Shown: positions 14,341-26,700, counted from the whole stretch's first letter. The stretch is 63,342 nucleotides of DNA, filler included, from Nemertoderma westbladi (GCA_032718475.1; 3 parts of 3 records of this genome joined end to end with filler, not necessarily neighbours in it), one strand, 5' to 3'. Made by a program: numbers and translations. Notes: generated from the sequence alone by a model not told the origin.

Positions 14341-15730
14341 CACCTATCTGTAAAGTATACTGTGTTCTACCCACATCTGTAAAGTAGGCTGTGTTCTACC
14401 CACATATCTGTAAAGTAGGCTGTGTTCTACCCACATATCTGTAAAGGAAGCTGTGTTCTAACCACATATCTGTAAAGTAGGCTGTGTTCTACCCACATAT
14501 CTGTAAAGGAAGCTGTGTTCTACCCACATAATCTGTAAAGGAAGCTACACATACCCACATAATCTGTAAAGGAAGCTGTGTTCTACCCACATATCTGAAA
14601 AGGAACCTGTGTTCTATATCTATACCCACATATCTGTAAAGGAAGCTGTGTTCTACCCACATATCTGTAAAGTAGGCTGTGTTATACCCACATATCTGTA
14701 AAGGAAGCTGTGTTCTACCCACATATCTGTAAAGGAAGCTGTGTTCTACCCACATATCTGTAAAGGAACCTGTGTTCTACCCACATATCTGAAAAGGAAG
14801 CTGTGTTCTACCCACATATCTGAAAAGGAACCTGTGTTCTATATCTATACCCACATATCTGTAAAGGAAGCTGTGTTCTACCCACATATCTGTAAAGTAG
14901 GCTGTGTTATACCCACATATCTGTAAAGGAAGCTGTGTTCTACCCACATATCTGTAAAGGAAGCTGTGTTCTACCCACATATCTGTAAACGAACCTGTGT
15001 TCTACCCACATATCTGAAAAGGAAGCTGTGTTCTACCCACATATCTGAAAAGGAACCTGTGTTCTATATCTATACCCACATATCTGTAAAGGAAGCTGTG
15101 TTCTACCCACATATCTGAAAAGGAACCTGTGTTCTATATCTATACCCACATATCTGTAAAGGAAGCTGTGTTCTACCCACATATCTGTAAAGTAGGCTGT
15201 GTTACACCCACATATCTGTAAAGGAAGCTGTGTTCTACCCACATATCTGAAAAGGAAGCTGTGTTCTACCCACATATCTGTAAAGGAAGCTGTGTTCTAC
15301 CCACCTTTACGGATGCGCGCCTGTGTTCTACCCACCTATCCGGATGCGCGCCTGTGTTCTACCCACCTTTCCGTATGCGCGCCTGTGTTCTACCCACTTA
15401 TCCAGATGCGCGCCTGTGTTCTACCCACTTTTCCGGATGCGCGCCTGTGTTATAACAACCTTCCCGGATGCGCGGCTGTGTTCTACCTACCTTCCCGGAT
15501 GCGCGGCTGTGTTCTACCCACCTTCCCAGAAGCGCGCCTGTGTTCTACCCACCTTCCCGGATGCGCGGCTGTGTTCTACCCACCTTCCCGGATGCGCGGC
15601 TGTGTTCTACCCACCTTCCCGGATGCGCGGCTGTGTTCTACCCACCTTCCCGGATGCGCGGCTGTGTTCTACCCACCTATCTGTAAAGGAAGCTGTGTTC
15701 TACCCACATATCTGTAAAGGATGCTGTGTT
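14341..15730. repeat. 31-bp minisatellite, distal part: type B (CTGTGTTCTACCCACATATCTGTAAAGGAAG) about 14341-15300, type A (CTGTGTTCTACCCACCTTCCCGGATGCGCGG) about 15300-15680
   Basis: Direct tandem repeats with no spacers; both types share the core CTGTGTTCTACCCAC. Confidence 0.97.
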
Positions 15731-17421
15731 ATACTATTACACTATTGCACTACTATATTACACTATTGCTGATGCCATGATAAGTCCTAAGACAAGAGTT
15801 AGGGGAGAGGGGGTTGCAACAATGATGTCCACCATTATAGAAGATGCCATTGAGAGACGCATGGAAATAATGATCATAGGAGATCTCAATGTCATGTGAG
15901 CATCTGAGGAAACACAGATCATGAGGGACGACATTGAGCTCCGAGCCAAGGGATTGATCGACATTTTGTATCAAGCAGCTAGAAAGAACATCCCGCATGT
16001 ATTTCCAAGACACCATAAGGGACTCAGGAACCGGCAAAACACAAGACCTTTGGATCACAATTGGCACTTAATGAAAGGGAAGATAACAATGGGCGATAAG
16101 GATGATGGGAATCCTTCTATATCATTGCTAGAGAACAAAAGAATGAGTCACCGACTAGAGAGTCATACATACTGGAAACATATAAGGAATTTGGCTAACG
16201 ACTTTCGTTCGAGTCGCAACAGATTTTGGCATAGATTGAAGTCAGAGAACAGTGTTGCTATGACTGATGACTATGGCCAACTTTACTCAGACTATATGGG
16301 AAGATTCAGCATAAAGAGTACCCATAATTAAGATTATCAGGATAATTTGCTTATCTTTGAACGTGATCATGAATCCATTGAGAAATTAGTAAAGACAGCT
16401 GATGTGGATGCTGCCATAAAATCCCTCAATAAAGGTAAGACGTCAGATAGCAACTCTCTTAAGGCCGAACATCTTATTCACAGCCAGTCAAGTGAACTCC
16501 ATGGGTTCCTAGCAGATTTATATAATGATATAATGGCCACTGGCTACTTTCCCAAATGTTTATGTACAAGCATTCTGATGCCGCTTCTCAAGAGCGAGGA
16601 TCGAGATAAGCATGAGACAGGGAGCTATAGAGGTGTCTCGGTTATTTCAATCTTGGCTAAAGTGTGGGAGATTCTGGTCTCAGAAAGGGTCCGTAATAAA
16701 AAAACGAGTAACCTACAAATGGTATACAAATCAAAATTAGGTACTGAGATATCATATGCAGTAGCAACAAATCTGATCCGGTACTTCAATGAAGGGGGTT
16801 CAAATGTCTACATGGTTTCGCTCGATTTGACCAGCGCATTTGATGCGGTCTCATATGAGAAGCTAATGACGAAATTAGTAGAATCTACTCTTGATGAAAG
16901 AATTATTCGAACTCTTTGCTCCTACTATAGCCAATCTGTTGCATTGATGAAGATAGGTAACAGTATCTCATGTATACCAATAACACTACGACGTGGAGTA
17001 AGGCAAGGTGGTGTCTTGTCATCAATCCTATTTAACATATATTTCGATGACTTGTTCGAAATTATTGAATCAGCCGGCTTTGGGCTACATAAAAATAAGG
17101 AAGCTTACTCGATCTTAGGCTATGCCGATAATGTCCTACTCCTAGCTAACATGGGAACCGATATTCAGAAGATGCTATACTTATGTGAACAGTATTTTAA
17201 AGAGCATCACCTGGTCATCAATTTTAAGAAGACACATTATGTAGTATGCCCATTCTCAGCACGAGTAGATATGGGCAAATCAGAAAACATACATGGTGGG
17301 AATGGGGCAAAGTTACACGCAGTTTCAAAATGTATATACTTAGGGCTGCCACTGCCGCCATCAAGACAGAGCATCTGTGACTACTTTACTAGGAAGATAT
17401 GGATGAATACATCCATGATTA

Positions 17422-18993
17422 ATACACGAAGTGGGGCCTTCGCGCAGCACGTGAAATGAGTTAATGCTAAGTATCAACTCGAAAGGATTATAAAAACATA
17501 GGAGAAGATTTTCCCGGAAAACGTTAACCCTCTAGCGGGAGACTGGGTAACTGAAGAAGGAAGGATTAGTTTCCCTACAAAGCCACATCCTATGGTCTAT
17601 TACATATCTACCAAGTTTCCGATTGACGGATCATAAATAACGAAATGTTGGAAGGTTTTCACTTTCATACATTTAGCCCTCTAGCGGCATATTAAAGAAC
17701 TACGGATCGATCACCTTCCTCACAAAGACGAGGCATGTGGTCTAGTACATACCGGTACTGTATATTCCAAAATTCAGCTTAAATAGATTAAGATCAAGGA
17801 ATTCGCAAAGGTTATCACTTTCCTACATTTCGCCCTCTAGCGGCAGACTCGAAAACTCCGGACCGATTACTGTCCACACAAAGACTTAGGATGTCTTCTA
17901 GTACATATATGACAAGTTTCAGCGTAATCAGATCATAAACAACTAAATGGAAGAATAATTTCACATTCGGGACATTTCGCCCTCTAGCGGCAGACTGGAG
18001 AACTGCAGACAGATTAGCCTCCTTTGAAATTTACAGCTAATGGTCTAGTACATACTTCCCAAGTTTCAGCTTAAACGGATTAAAAGCAAAGAAATGGGTG
18101 GCCATTTAATGTTTAGACATGTGGCCCTCTAGCGGGAGACTGGAAAACTTCGGACCGATTACAATCCACACAAAGACTCAGGATGTCTTCTAGTACATAT
18201 ATGACAAGTTTCAGCGTAATCAGATCATAAACAACTAAATGGAAGAATAATTTCACATTCGGGACATTTCGCCCTCTAGCGGCAGACTGGAGAACTGCAG
18301 ACAGATTAGCCTCCTTTGAAATTTACAGCTAATGGTCTAGTACATACTTCCCAAGTTTCAGCTTAAACGGATTAAAAGCAAAGAAATGGGTGGCCATTTA
18401 ATGTTTAGACATGTGGCCCTCTAGCGGGAGACTGGAAAACTTCGGACCGATTACAATCCACACAAAGACTCAGGATGTCATCTAGTACATATATGACAAG
18501 TTTCAGCGTAATCAGATCATAAACAACTAAATGGAAGAATAATTTCACATTCGGGACATTTCGCCCTCTAGCGGCAGACTGGAGAACTGCAGACAGATTA
18601 GCCTCCTTTGAAATTTACAGCTAATGGTCTAGTACATACTTCCCAAGTTTCAGCTTAAACGGATTAAAAGCAAAGAAATGGGTGGCCATTTAATGTTTAG
18701 ACATGTGGCCCTCTAGCGGGAGACCATTGCACTGATGGTGTCTGAAAGTCTCTCAAAAATCTCAACTTTTGCTCATATTGATACCTACAAATTTTCAACT
18801 TGGCAGCTTTAAATCCGACAAAGTTATTAGCATGTCAAAATCGTAACGACGACGACAACGACGACGACGACAACGACGACGACGACAACGACGACGACGA
18901 CGACGACGACAACTATTTGCATAAATTGACCCACCCCCTAACAGTGTCAATTCGCTAAGGCTCCGCCAACTTCGTGGCTCGCCCCACACGTGG
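17422..18993 (-). mobile_element. DINE-1/HINE-like (Helentron-associated) non-autonomous element nested in the LINE RT
   Basis: Inverted sub-terminal GTGGGGC (17431) / GCCCCAC (18981). (GAC/AAC)n microsatellite at 18845-18912, central tandem repeats, terminal CGAAG..CTTCG hairpin. Interrupts the RT coding sequence. Confidence 0.7.
17500..18725. repeat. Central tandem repeat: ~146-bp subunits forming a 292-bp higher-order dimer
   Basis: CCCTCTAGCGG recurs at 17528, 17677, 17833, 17980, 18125, 18272, 18417, 18564 and 18709. 292-bp units at 17971/18263/18555 are near-identical. Confidence 0.93.
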
Positions 18994-19745
18994 CCTGGCT
19001 AGTGATGAAGTGCCGCTGGATATTACTGCTTTGGTGTGGGGTGCCATATCTACTCCATCAATATTATATGAGTCACATATCATTGAGGGGGCACAAGGAG
19101 AAGGCATTGGTCGGACTTGGCGTAAATCACAGCGCTCATTGATACGCATGGGGAACTATATATATCAAACAATATCCTGCAGGCGCTATTTGATGAACGA
19201 ACATTCTCAACAATGATAGCCATTTCGAAGCCGAGGGCAATTTACTCCTGCTTTAACTCTGGTAACAAGAAGGTCTATGGGTTGTTTAGCCACATTCTTA
19301 CTCAACATCTTGCAGGTCAAATGTCTGTGCCGCTGTTTTCTGACTATTCCATAGGAGGATGGAAGCTTGGTTTGCCACGACTACAAGCTCTTGTAACTGG
19401 TCGATACTGCCTTAAGTCAACCATTAAACGAATTGGGAGGACGGATGAGCTATGCTTTATGGATCAGATACGCTTCTTATATATCACTAACATGCTCTAT
19501 AAAACTGGTACGCAATTTACTGTCAGGAGGGAGTGTATTCAAGAGCTTTATCGTCTTTAGGTGTGATAGATCAACCACTTTGATTTTAGATTAACATCTA
19601 AAGATCTCGGTGTTTTTAATTTTATTCAGTGCATGTTTTTAAATTTAGGTGCATTCACAATTGCCTAATTTTATAGTATATTTTATTTAATCATAATAAA
19701 GGGGCCGAGCCCTATCTCGGATGCTGAAACGAAATGAAAATGAAA

Positions 19746-20123
19746 TGTTCTACTCACCTTCCCGGATGCGCGGCTGTGTTCTACCCACCTTTCCGGATGC
19801 GTGCCTATGTTCTACCCACCTTTACGGATGCGCGCCTGTGTTCTACCCACCTTTCCGGATGCGCGCCTGTGTTCTACCCACCTTTCCGGATGCGCGCCTG
19901 TGTTCTACCCACCTTCCAGGATGCGCGCATGTGTTCTACCCACCTTTCCAGATGCGCGCCTGTGTTCTACCCACCTTTCCGGATGCGCGGCTGTGTTCTA
20001 CCCACCTTTCCGGCTGCGCGGCGGTGTTCTACCCACCTTCCCGGATGCGCGCCTGTGTTCTACCCACCTTTCCGGATGCGCGGCTGTGTTCTACCCACCT
20101 TTCCGGATGCGCGGCTGTGTTCT
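19746..20123. repeat. 31-bp minisatellite, proximal part (type A), overlapping the talin exon end and splice donor
   Basis: About 12 units of TTCCGGATGCGCGGCTGTGTTCTACCCACCT; the last unit is the exon/intron junction itself. Confidence 0.97.
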
Positions 20124-20444
20124 TCGCCGCCTCCACCATCCTTGCAGTGGCGTCCGCCACCATCTTTGCGGCTCCCAACAGTCGCCGTTGCAACTCGGGG
20201 TCCACTGATAGTTCCGCTTCCTTCCGCAAGGACTCCACCAGCAGACTGGTGGCCTCGGCCAGCGCCCGGGCCTGTCTCACCATCTCCGGAGCGTCGCCCA
20301 GACTGTTGAAGAGTTTATCCGAGGTGGTTATCACTGCGTCACACGCTTCGTCGTACGGACCCACAGCCTTCCCGGGTTCCTGGCCACGACGAACGTGCGA
20401 TAATATCTCGTTGAGAAGTTGAGTTATATTGGTGGCGACCACAC
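20099..20444 (-). CDS. TLN: Talin internal exon (R2/R3; GPYDEACD...GDAPEMVRQARALAEATS...VEAAKNTAAHPE)
   Basis: ttcAG acceptor, AG|GTGGGT donor, 346 nt, phase 1/2. Strong resemblance to talin R3. Confidence 0.95.
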
Positions 20445-20809
20445 CTGAATTTAGAGTTGAGGTTGGTCAATTAATTACTCTACACGAGAACATGTAACTT
20501 TCTGTTGATGTACACTTTAAGGAAAGGGGTCGGACATATTATATATCGTGTCATTGGGAAGTCGCAGCCAGGTTCACTGGGGCCTCAGTCCATCGACCCA
20601 TCTCAAGGTAAACTGTTAAACCTCGGATAAAAATTATTGGATTGAATTCTCAGCTTGGCGACGATGGACGGCAAGAAGCAGAAGAAATTAGAATAAATGA
20701 GTAACTCTAAGTCCATTCTGCACAGGCACCCTTACTCTCTCTGGTCATCCACAAATTCCGGACACTTTGACCAGCACCCATTGCAAAACCAGGGCACACT
20801 CCCCTACCT

Positions 20810-21857
20810 CATGCCAAAATCCGGAAACACAACCATACCTCATACCAGAATCCGGAAACACAACCATACCTCATACCAGAATCCGGACACACAACCATAC
20901 ATCATACCAGAATCCGGAAACACAACCATACCTCATACCAGAATCCGGACACACAACCATACATCATACCAGAATCCGGACACACAGCCATACCTCATAC
21001 CAGAATCCGGAAACACAACCATACCTCATACAAGAATCCGGACACACAACCATGCCTCATACCAGAATCCGGAAACACAACCATACCTCATACAAGAATC
21101 CGGACACACAACCATGCCTCATACCAGAATCCGGAAACACAACCATACCTCATACCAGAATCCGGAAACACAACCATACCTCATACCAGAATCCGGACAC
21201 ACAACCATACATCATACATCATACCAGAATCCGGAAACACAACCATACCTCATACCAGAATCCGGACACACAACCATACCTCATACCAGAATCCGGAAAC
21301 ACAACCATACCTCATACCAGAATCCGGAAACACAACCATACCTCATACAAGAATCCGGACACACAACCATGCCTCATACCAGAATCCGGAAACACAACCA
21401 TACCTCATACCAGAATCCCGAAACACAACCATACCTCATACCAGAATCCTGAAACACAACCATACCTCATACCAGAATCCGGACACACAACCATACCTCA
21501 TACCAGAATCCGGACACACAACCATACCTCATACCAGAATCCGGAAACACAACCATACCTCATACCAGAATCCGGACACACAACCATACTTCATACCAGA
21601 ATCCGGACTCACAACCGAATCCGGACACCCACCCATACCAGAATCCGGACACACAACCATACCTCATACCAGAATCCGGAAACACAACCATACCTCATAC
21701 CAGAATCCGGACACACAACCATACCTCATACCAGAATCCGGAAACACAACCATACATCATACCAGAATCCGGAAACACAACCATACCTCATACCAGAATC
21801 CGGACTCACAACCGAATCCGGACACACAACCATACATCATACCAGAATCCGGACACC
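20810..21857. repeat. 31-bp minisatellite (CCGGA(A/C)ACACAACCATACCTCATACCAGAAT) in talin intron 20445-21884
   Basis: About 33 direct tandem units ending about 30 bp from the donor at 21884. Confidence 0.97.
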
Positions 21858-21884
21858 CTCCCATTCCGTTGACTCGACACTCAC

Positions 21885-22023
21885 CCATATCGTTTAGGTT
21901 ATCCTCGTCCATGGATGTTGATTTGGCCTTCTCTATCAGGTCGTCGATACATTTGGCAACAGATTTCGCGGAAACAACCAACTCATCCTGACAAGTTGGA
22001 TCGTTAATAGTCGGTGCCGTTAC
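21885..22023 (-). CDS. TLN: Talin internal exon (VTAPTINDPTCQDELVVSAKSVAK...)
   Basis: cccAG acceptor, G|GTGAGT donor, 139 nt, phase 0/1. Resembles talin VVAPTISSPVCQEQL. Confidence 0.93.
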
Positions 22024-22291
22024 CTGGGAAACAAATTAACAATAAATAAACCTAAAAATAACATTTCTTGAGTTTCCTAACAATAACTCAGCATAAATTC
22101 CCTACGGGTATATCAATTCAATCAACTCCTAAACTCAAATTAAGTTGTTTAATTTATTGTTTAATTTTGTTGTTTAAATTTTCAATCTGAGGGTTTTAAG
22201 TTGAAGTAACTTTTTATTATTTTTTATTTTATATTAAATGTTCTATGTAACTAAATCAGCTCAGAGTGTTTAAAGTTAATAAATATATAAC

Positions 22292-22432
22292 CTTAACGCA
22301 GGCGACCAACTCAGATGCAGACAGCGCGCACTGTGTACTTCCGTTGATGATGTCATTGTGAGCGTCTTTACTCTCAACACCGTCGGCGACTTCCTTGGCT
22401 TTATGTACCAGAGCGGCGGTTTCATTGGCCAC
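22292..22432 (-). CDS. TLN: Talin internal exon (VANETAALVHKAKEVA...TQCALSASELVACVK); most 5' exon present, gene cut by contig end
   Basis: Read manually. tAG acceptor, AAG|GTTATA donor, 141 nt, phase 0/0. Resembles talin TQCALSTSQLVACTK. FERM head and R1 exons are absent from the window. Confidence 0.92.
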
Positions 22433-23091
22433 CTATTAGTAATTATAATTAAGAGTTAGTTAGTTTATTATATTAAAAGTTGACAGTATATTGGTATCCT
22501 ACCCTTACCGGTAGGGTATGTTTGTGTTCAGTGTTAGCAGTAACAACTACACTGATCAGTCTACCGAGAGGTCAATGACCTATATTATTATGCTACTACA
22601 CCTCCAGTCCTACACTCACGGAGTAGTAAAAAACTGGTGATCCAACGCAAACTTACTGCGGGGCCCAGAGTGAAACACATAGCGGGAGCACAGGGAGTAG
22701 GGTGTAGGTGTCAGGGGTCGTAATAATCAAGGTCATTGAACCGGCCAACCACATCTAAGCGACGCCAAACATCTTTAAAGCAACACCCTGTCCCTGACCT
22801 ACTTGCATCTAACATTGTATATTAATTACCTTATTCCAAGTAAGAGGTAATATGATGGACACACCGTCCAACTATAGGCTAATGATGGTAGTGATAGTGA
22901 GCAGGGTCAATAATCAATAATACCCATATACATGTTTGCTGGATGACTGTCGCAAGTTATTTGGACATTTTAAAGTAATTATAAGGCATTATTCCTAACC
23001 GCATGTTCTGCGAATAAGGCTTAAAATACATTATATTTGCACCCGTTGGTTCATTCTAAACAACGACAATCGTGATTGGCTGAAGTTTGTG

Positions 23092-23191
23092 NNNNNNNNN
23101 NNNNNNNNNNNNNNNNNNNNNNNNNNNNNNNNNNNTTAATTAATTAANNNNNNNNNNNNNNNNNNNNNNNNNNNNNNNNNNNNNNNNNNNN
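23092..23191. other. Artificial contig spacer (44N-TTAATTAATTAA-44N)
   Basis: Exactly 100 nt, with a six-frame-stop linker at its centre; identical to 40249-40348. Confidence 0.95.
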
Positions 23192-23754
23192 AAATCCTAC
23201 ATGTAAATATTGTTGAATTCGAGAATTTAATGATTTTTCAAAATAATTCTTATTTTATTTAGTTTTTTTTGTATTTAAATGGAGTATAAGTAAGAATGGA
23301 TTTCTTATTGTGTGTTCGATTGTAGTTTTCTGTTAAAACTCTGAATATTTTACTTAACTACGCGTTGTCCCTGTTTCTACACTGAAAATACACGTAACCA
23401 TAGTTATTTTTTTCGCAAATGCCGGTTTACGGAAATATCGACAGGTAAAACTGCAACCAAATATAAATGTAAACATTACGAAACCGGTTGAATAAACCGC
23501 ATGTCATTTTAATTAACAGAAGCTTTAATTAATTTAAAAACTATGGTTATAGAACAAAACCCATAGTTTAAAACTTTTAAAGCTGTACTCGTCTCGTACT
23601 GTGGTTATTAAACGAGAACTCATATTTTAAAACTTTTAAACATTTGGTTATTTATCCGAGGAAAACTACCGATAGCTGAAACTAAATTTGCATAACATAT
23701 AATGCAGCAATCCCAACAAACTTATTCTGAGTAAAGGGGTATTTTATTTACCGA

Positions 23755-26700
23755 GCGACAGCGAGGGTCGAGGTCGAGGCGAGGGTCGCGACGGCGACAG
23801 CGACAGCGAGGGTCGAGGTCGAGGCGAGGGTCGCGAGGGCGACGGCGACAGCGAGGGGTCGAGGTCGAGGCGAGGGTCGCGAGGGCGACGGCGACAGCGA
23901 GGGTCGAGGTCGAGGCGAGGGTCGCGAGGGCGACGGCGACAGCGAGGGTCGAGGTCGAGGCGAGGGTCGCGAGGGCGACGGCGACAGCGAGGGTCGAGGT
24001 CGAGGCGAGGGTCGCGAGGGCGACGGCGATAGCGAGGGTCGAGGTCGAGGCGAGGTCGCGAGGGCGACGGCGACAGCGAGGTCGAGGTCGAGGCGAGGGT
24101 CGCGAGGGCGACGGCGACAGCGAGGGTCGAGGTCGAGGCGAGGGTCGCGAGGGCGACGGCGACAGCGAGGGTCGAGGTCGAGGCGAGGGTCGCGAGGGCG
24201 ACGGCGACAGCGAGGGTCGAGGTCGAGGCGAGGGTCGCGAGGGCGACGGCGACAGCGAGGGTCGAGGTCGAGGCGAGGGTCGCGAGGGCGACGGCGACAG
24301 CGAGGGTCGAGGTCGAGGCGAGGGTCGCGAGGGCGACGGCGACAGCGAGGGTCGAGGTCGAGGCGAGGGTCGCGAGGGCGACGGCGACAGCGAGGGTCGA
24401 GGTCGAGGCGAGGGTCGCGAGGGCGACGGCGACAGCGAGGGTCGAGGTCGAGGCGAGGGTCGCGAGGGCGACGGCGACAGCGAGGGTCGAGGTCGAGGCG
24501 AGGGTCGCGAGGGCGACGGCGACAGCGAGGGTCGAGGTCGAGGCGAGGGTCGCGAGGGCGACGGCGACAGCGAGGGTCGAGGTCGAGGCGAGGGTCGCGA
24601 GGGCGACGGCGACAGCGAGGGTCGAGGTCGAGGCGAGGGTCGCGAGGGCGACGGCGACAGCGAGGGTCGAGGTCGAGGCGAGGGTCGCGAGGGCGACGGC
24701 GACAGCGAGGGTCGAGGTCGAGGCGAGGGTCGCGAGGGCGACGGCGACAGCGAGGGTCGAGGTCGAGGCGAGGGTCGCGAGGGCGACGGCGACAGCGAGG
24801 GTCGAGGTCGAGGCGAGGGTCGCGAGGGCGACGGCGACAGCGAGGGTCGAGGTCGAGGCGAGGGTCGCGAGGGCGACGGCGACAGCGAGGGTCGAGGTCG
24901 AGGCGAGGGTCGCGAGGGCGACGGCGACAGCGAGGGTCGAGGTCGAGGCGAGGGTCGCGAGGGCGACGGCGACAGCGAGGGTCGAGGTCGAGGCGAGGGT
25001 CGCGAGGGCGACGGCGACAGCGAGGGTCGAGGTCGAGGCGAGGGTCGCGAGGGCGACGGCGACAGCGAGGGTCGAGGTCGAGGCGAGGGTCGCGAGGGCG
25101 ACGGCGACAGCGAGGGTCGAGGTCGAGGCGAGGGTCGCGAGGGCGACGGCGACAGCGAGGGTCGAGGTCGAGGCGAGGGTCGCGAGGGCGACGGCGACAG
25201 CGAGGGTCGAGGTCGAGGCGAGGGTCGCGAGGGCGACGGCGACAGCGAGGGTCGAGGTCGAGGCGAGGGTCGCGAGGGCGACGGCGACAGCGAGGGTCGA
25301 GGTCGAGGCGAGGGTCGCGAGGGCGACGGCGACAGCGAGGGTCGAGGTCGAGGCGAGGGTCGCGAGGGCGACGGCGACAGCGAGGGTCGAGGTCGAGGCG
25401 AGGGTCGCGAGGGCGACGGCGACAGCGAGGGTCGAGGTCGAGGCGAGGGTCGCGAGGGCGACGGCGACAGCGAGGGTCGAGGTCGAGGCGAGGGTCGCGA
25501 GGGCGACGGCGACAGCGAGGGTCGAGGTCGAGGCGAGGGTCGCGAGGGCGACGGCGACAGCGAGGGTCGAGGTCGAGGCGAGGGTCGCGAGGGCGACGGC
25601 GACAGCGAGGGTCGAGGTCGAGGCGAGGGTCGCGAGGGCGACGGCGACAGCGAGGGTCGAGGTCGAGGCGAGGGTCGCGAGGGCGACGGCGACAGCGAGG
25701 GTCGAGGTCGAGGCGAGGGTCGCGAGGGCGACGGCGACAGCGAGGGTCGAGGTCGAGGCGAGGGTCGCGAGGGCGACGGCGACAGCGAGGGTCGAGGTCG
25801 AGGCGAGGGTCGCGAGGGCGACGGCGACAGCGAGGGTCGAGGTCGAGGCGAGGGTCGCGAGGGCGACGGCGACAGCGAGGGTCGAGGTCGAGGCGAGGGT
25901 CGCGAGGGCGACGGCGACAGCGAGGGTCGAGGTCGAGGCGAGGGTCGCGAGGGCGACGGCGACAGCGAGGGTCGAGGTCGAGGCGAGGGTCGCGAGGGCG
26001 ACGGCGACAGCGAGGGTCGAGGTCGAGGCGAGGGTCGCGAGGGCGACGGCGACAGCGAGGGTCGAGGTCGAGGCGAGGGTCGCGAGGGCGACGGCGACAG
26101 CGAGGGTCGAGGTCGAGGCGAGGGTCGCGAGGGCGACGGCGACAGCGAGGGTCGAGGTCGAGGCGAGGGTCGCGAGGGCGACGGCGACAGCGAGGGTCGA
26201 GGTCGAGGCGAGGGTCGCGAGGGCGACGGCGACAGCGAGGGTCGAGGTCGAGGCGAGGGTCGCGAGGGCGACGGCGACAGCGAGGGTCGAGGTCGAGGCG
26301 AGGGTCGCGAGGGCGACGGCGACAGCGAGGGTCGAGGTCGAGGCGAGGGTCGCGAGGGCGACGGCGACAGCGAGGGTCGAGGTCGAGGCGAGGGTCGCGA
26401 GGGCGACGGCGACAGCGAGGGTCGAGGTCGAGGCGAGGGTCGCGAGGGCGACGGCGACAGCGAGGGTCGAGGTCGAGGCGAGGGTCGCGAGGGCGACGGC
26501 GACAGCGAGGGTCGAGGTCGAGGCGAGGGTCGCGAGGGCGACGGCGACAGCGAGGGTCGAGGTCGAGGCGAGGGTCGCGAGGGCGACGGCGACAGCGAGG
26601 GTCGAGGTCGAGGCGAGGGTCGCGAGGGCGACGGCGACAGCGAGGGTCGAGGTCGAGGCGAGGGTCGCGAGGGCGACGGCGACAGCGAGGGTCGAGGTCG

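Larger units (their letters stand above)
15731..19745 (+). mobile_element. Decayed non-LTR retrotransposon (CR1/L2-group-like), antisense to talin, inserted in the minisatellite
   Basis: RT ORF 16347-17459 (GSYRGVSV, LDLTSAFD, RGVRQGGVLS, YADN, YLG); C-terminal continuation from about 18995. 3' end has AATAAA, hairpin CCGAG-ccctat-CTCGG and a (GAAAT)n-like tail at 19725-19745. TGTT occurs at both junctions. Confidence 0.9.

Noticed and set aside
14341-21857. 31-bp arrays as CRISPR repeats
   Set aside because: Head-to-tail units with no unique spacers, no cas genes, and a eukaryotic intronic context.
14489-21897. Repetitive ORFs (MWVEHSF..., MRACVLPT..., SYQNPETQPY...)
   Set aside because: Minisatellite translations; the 31-bp period cycles through frames.
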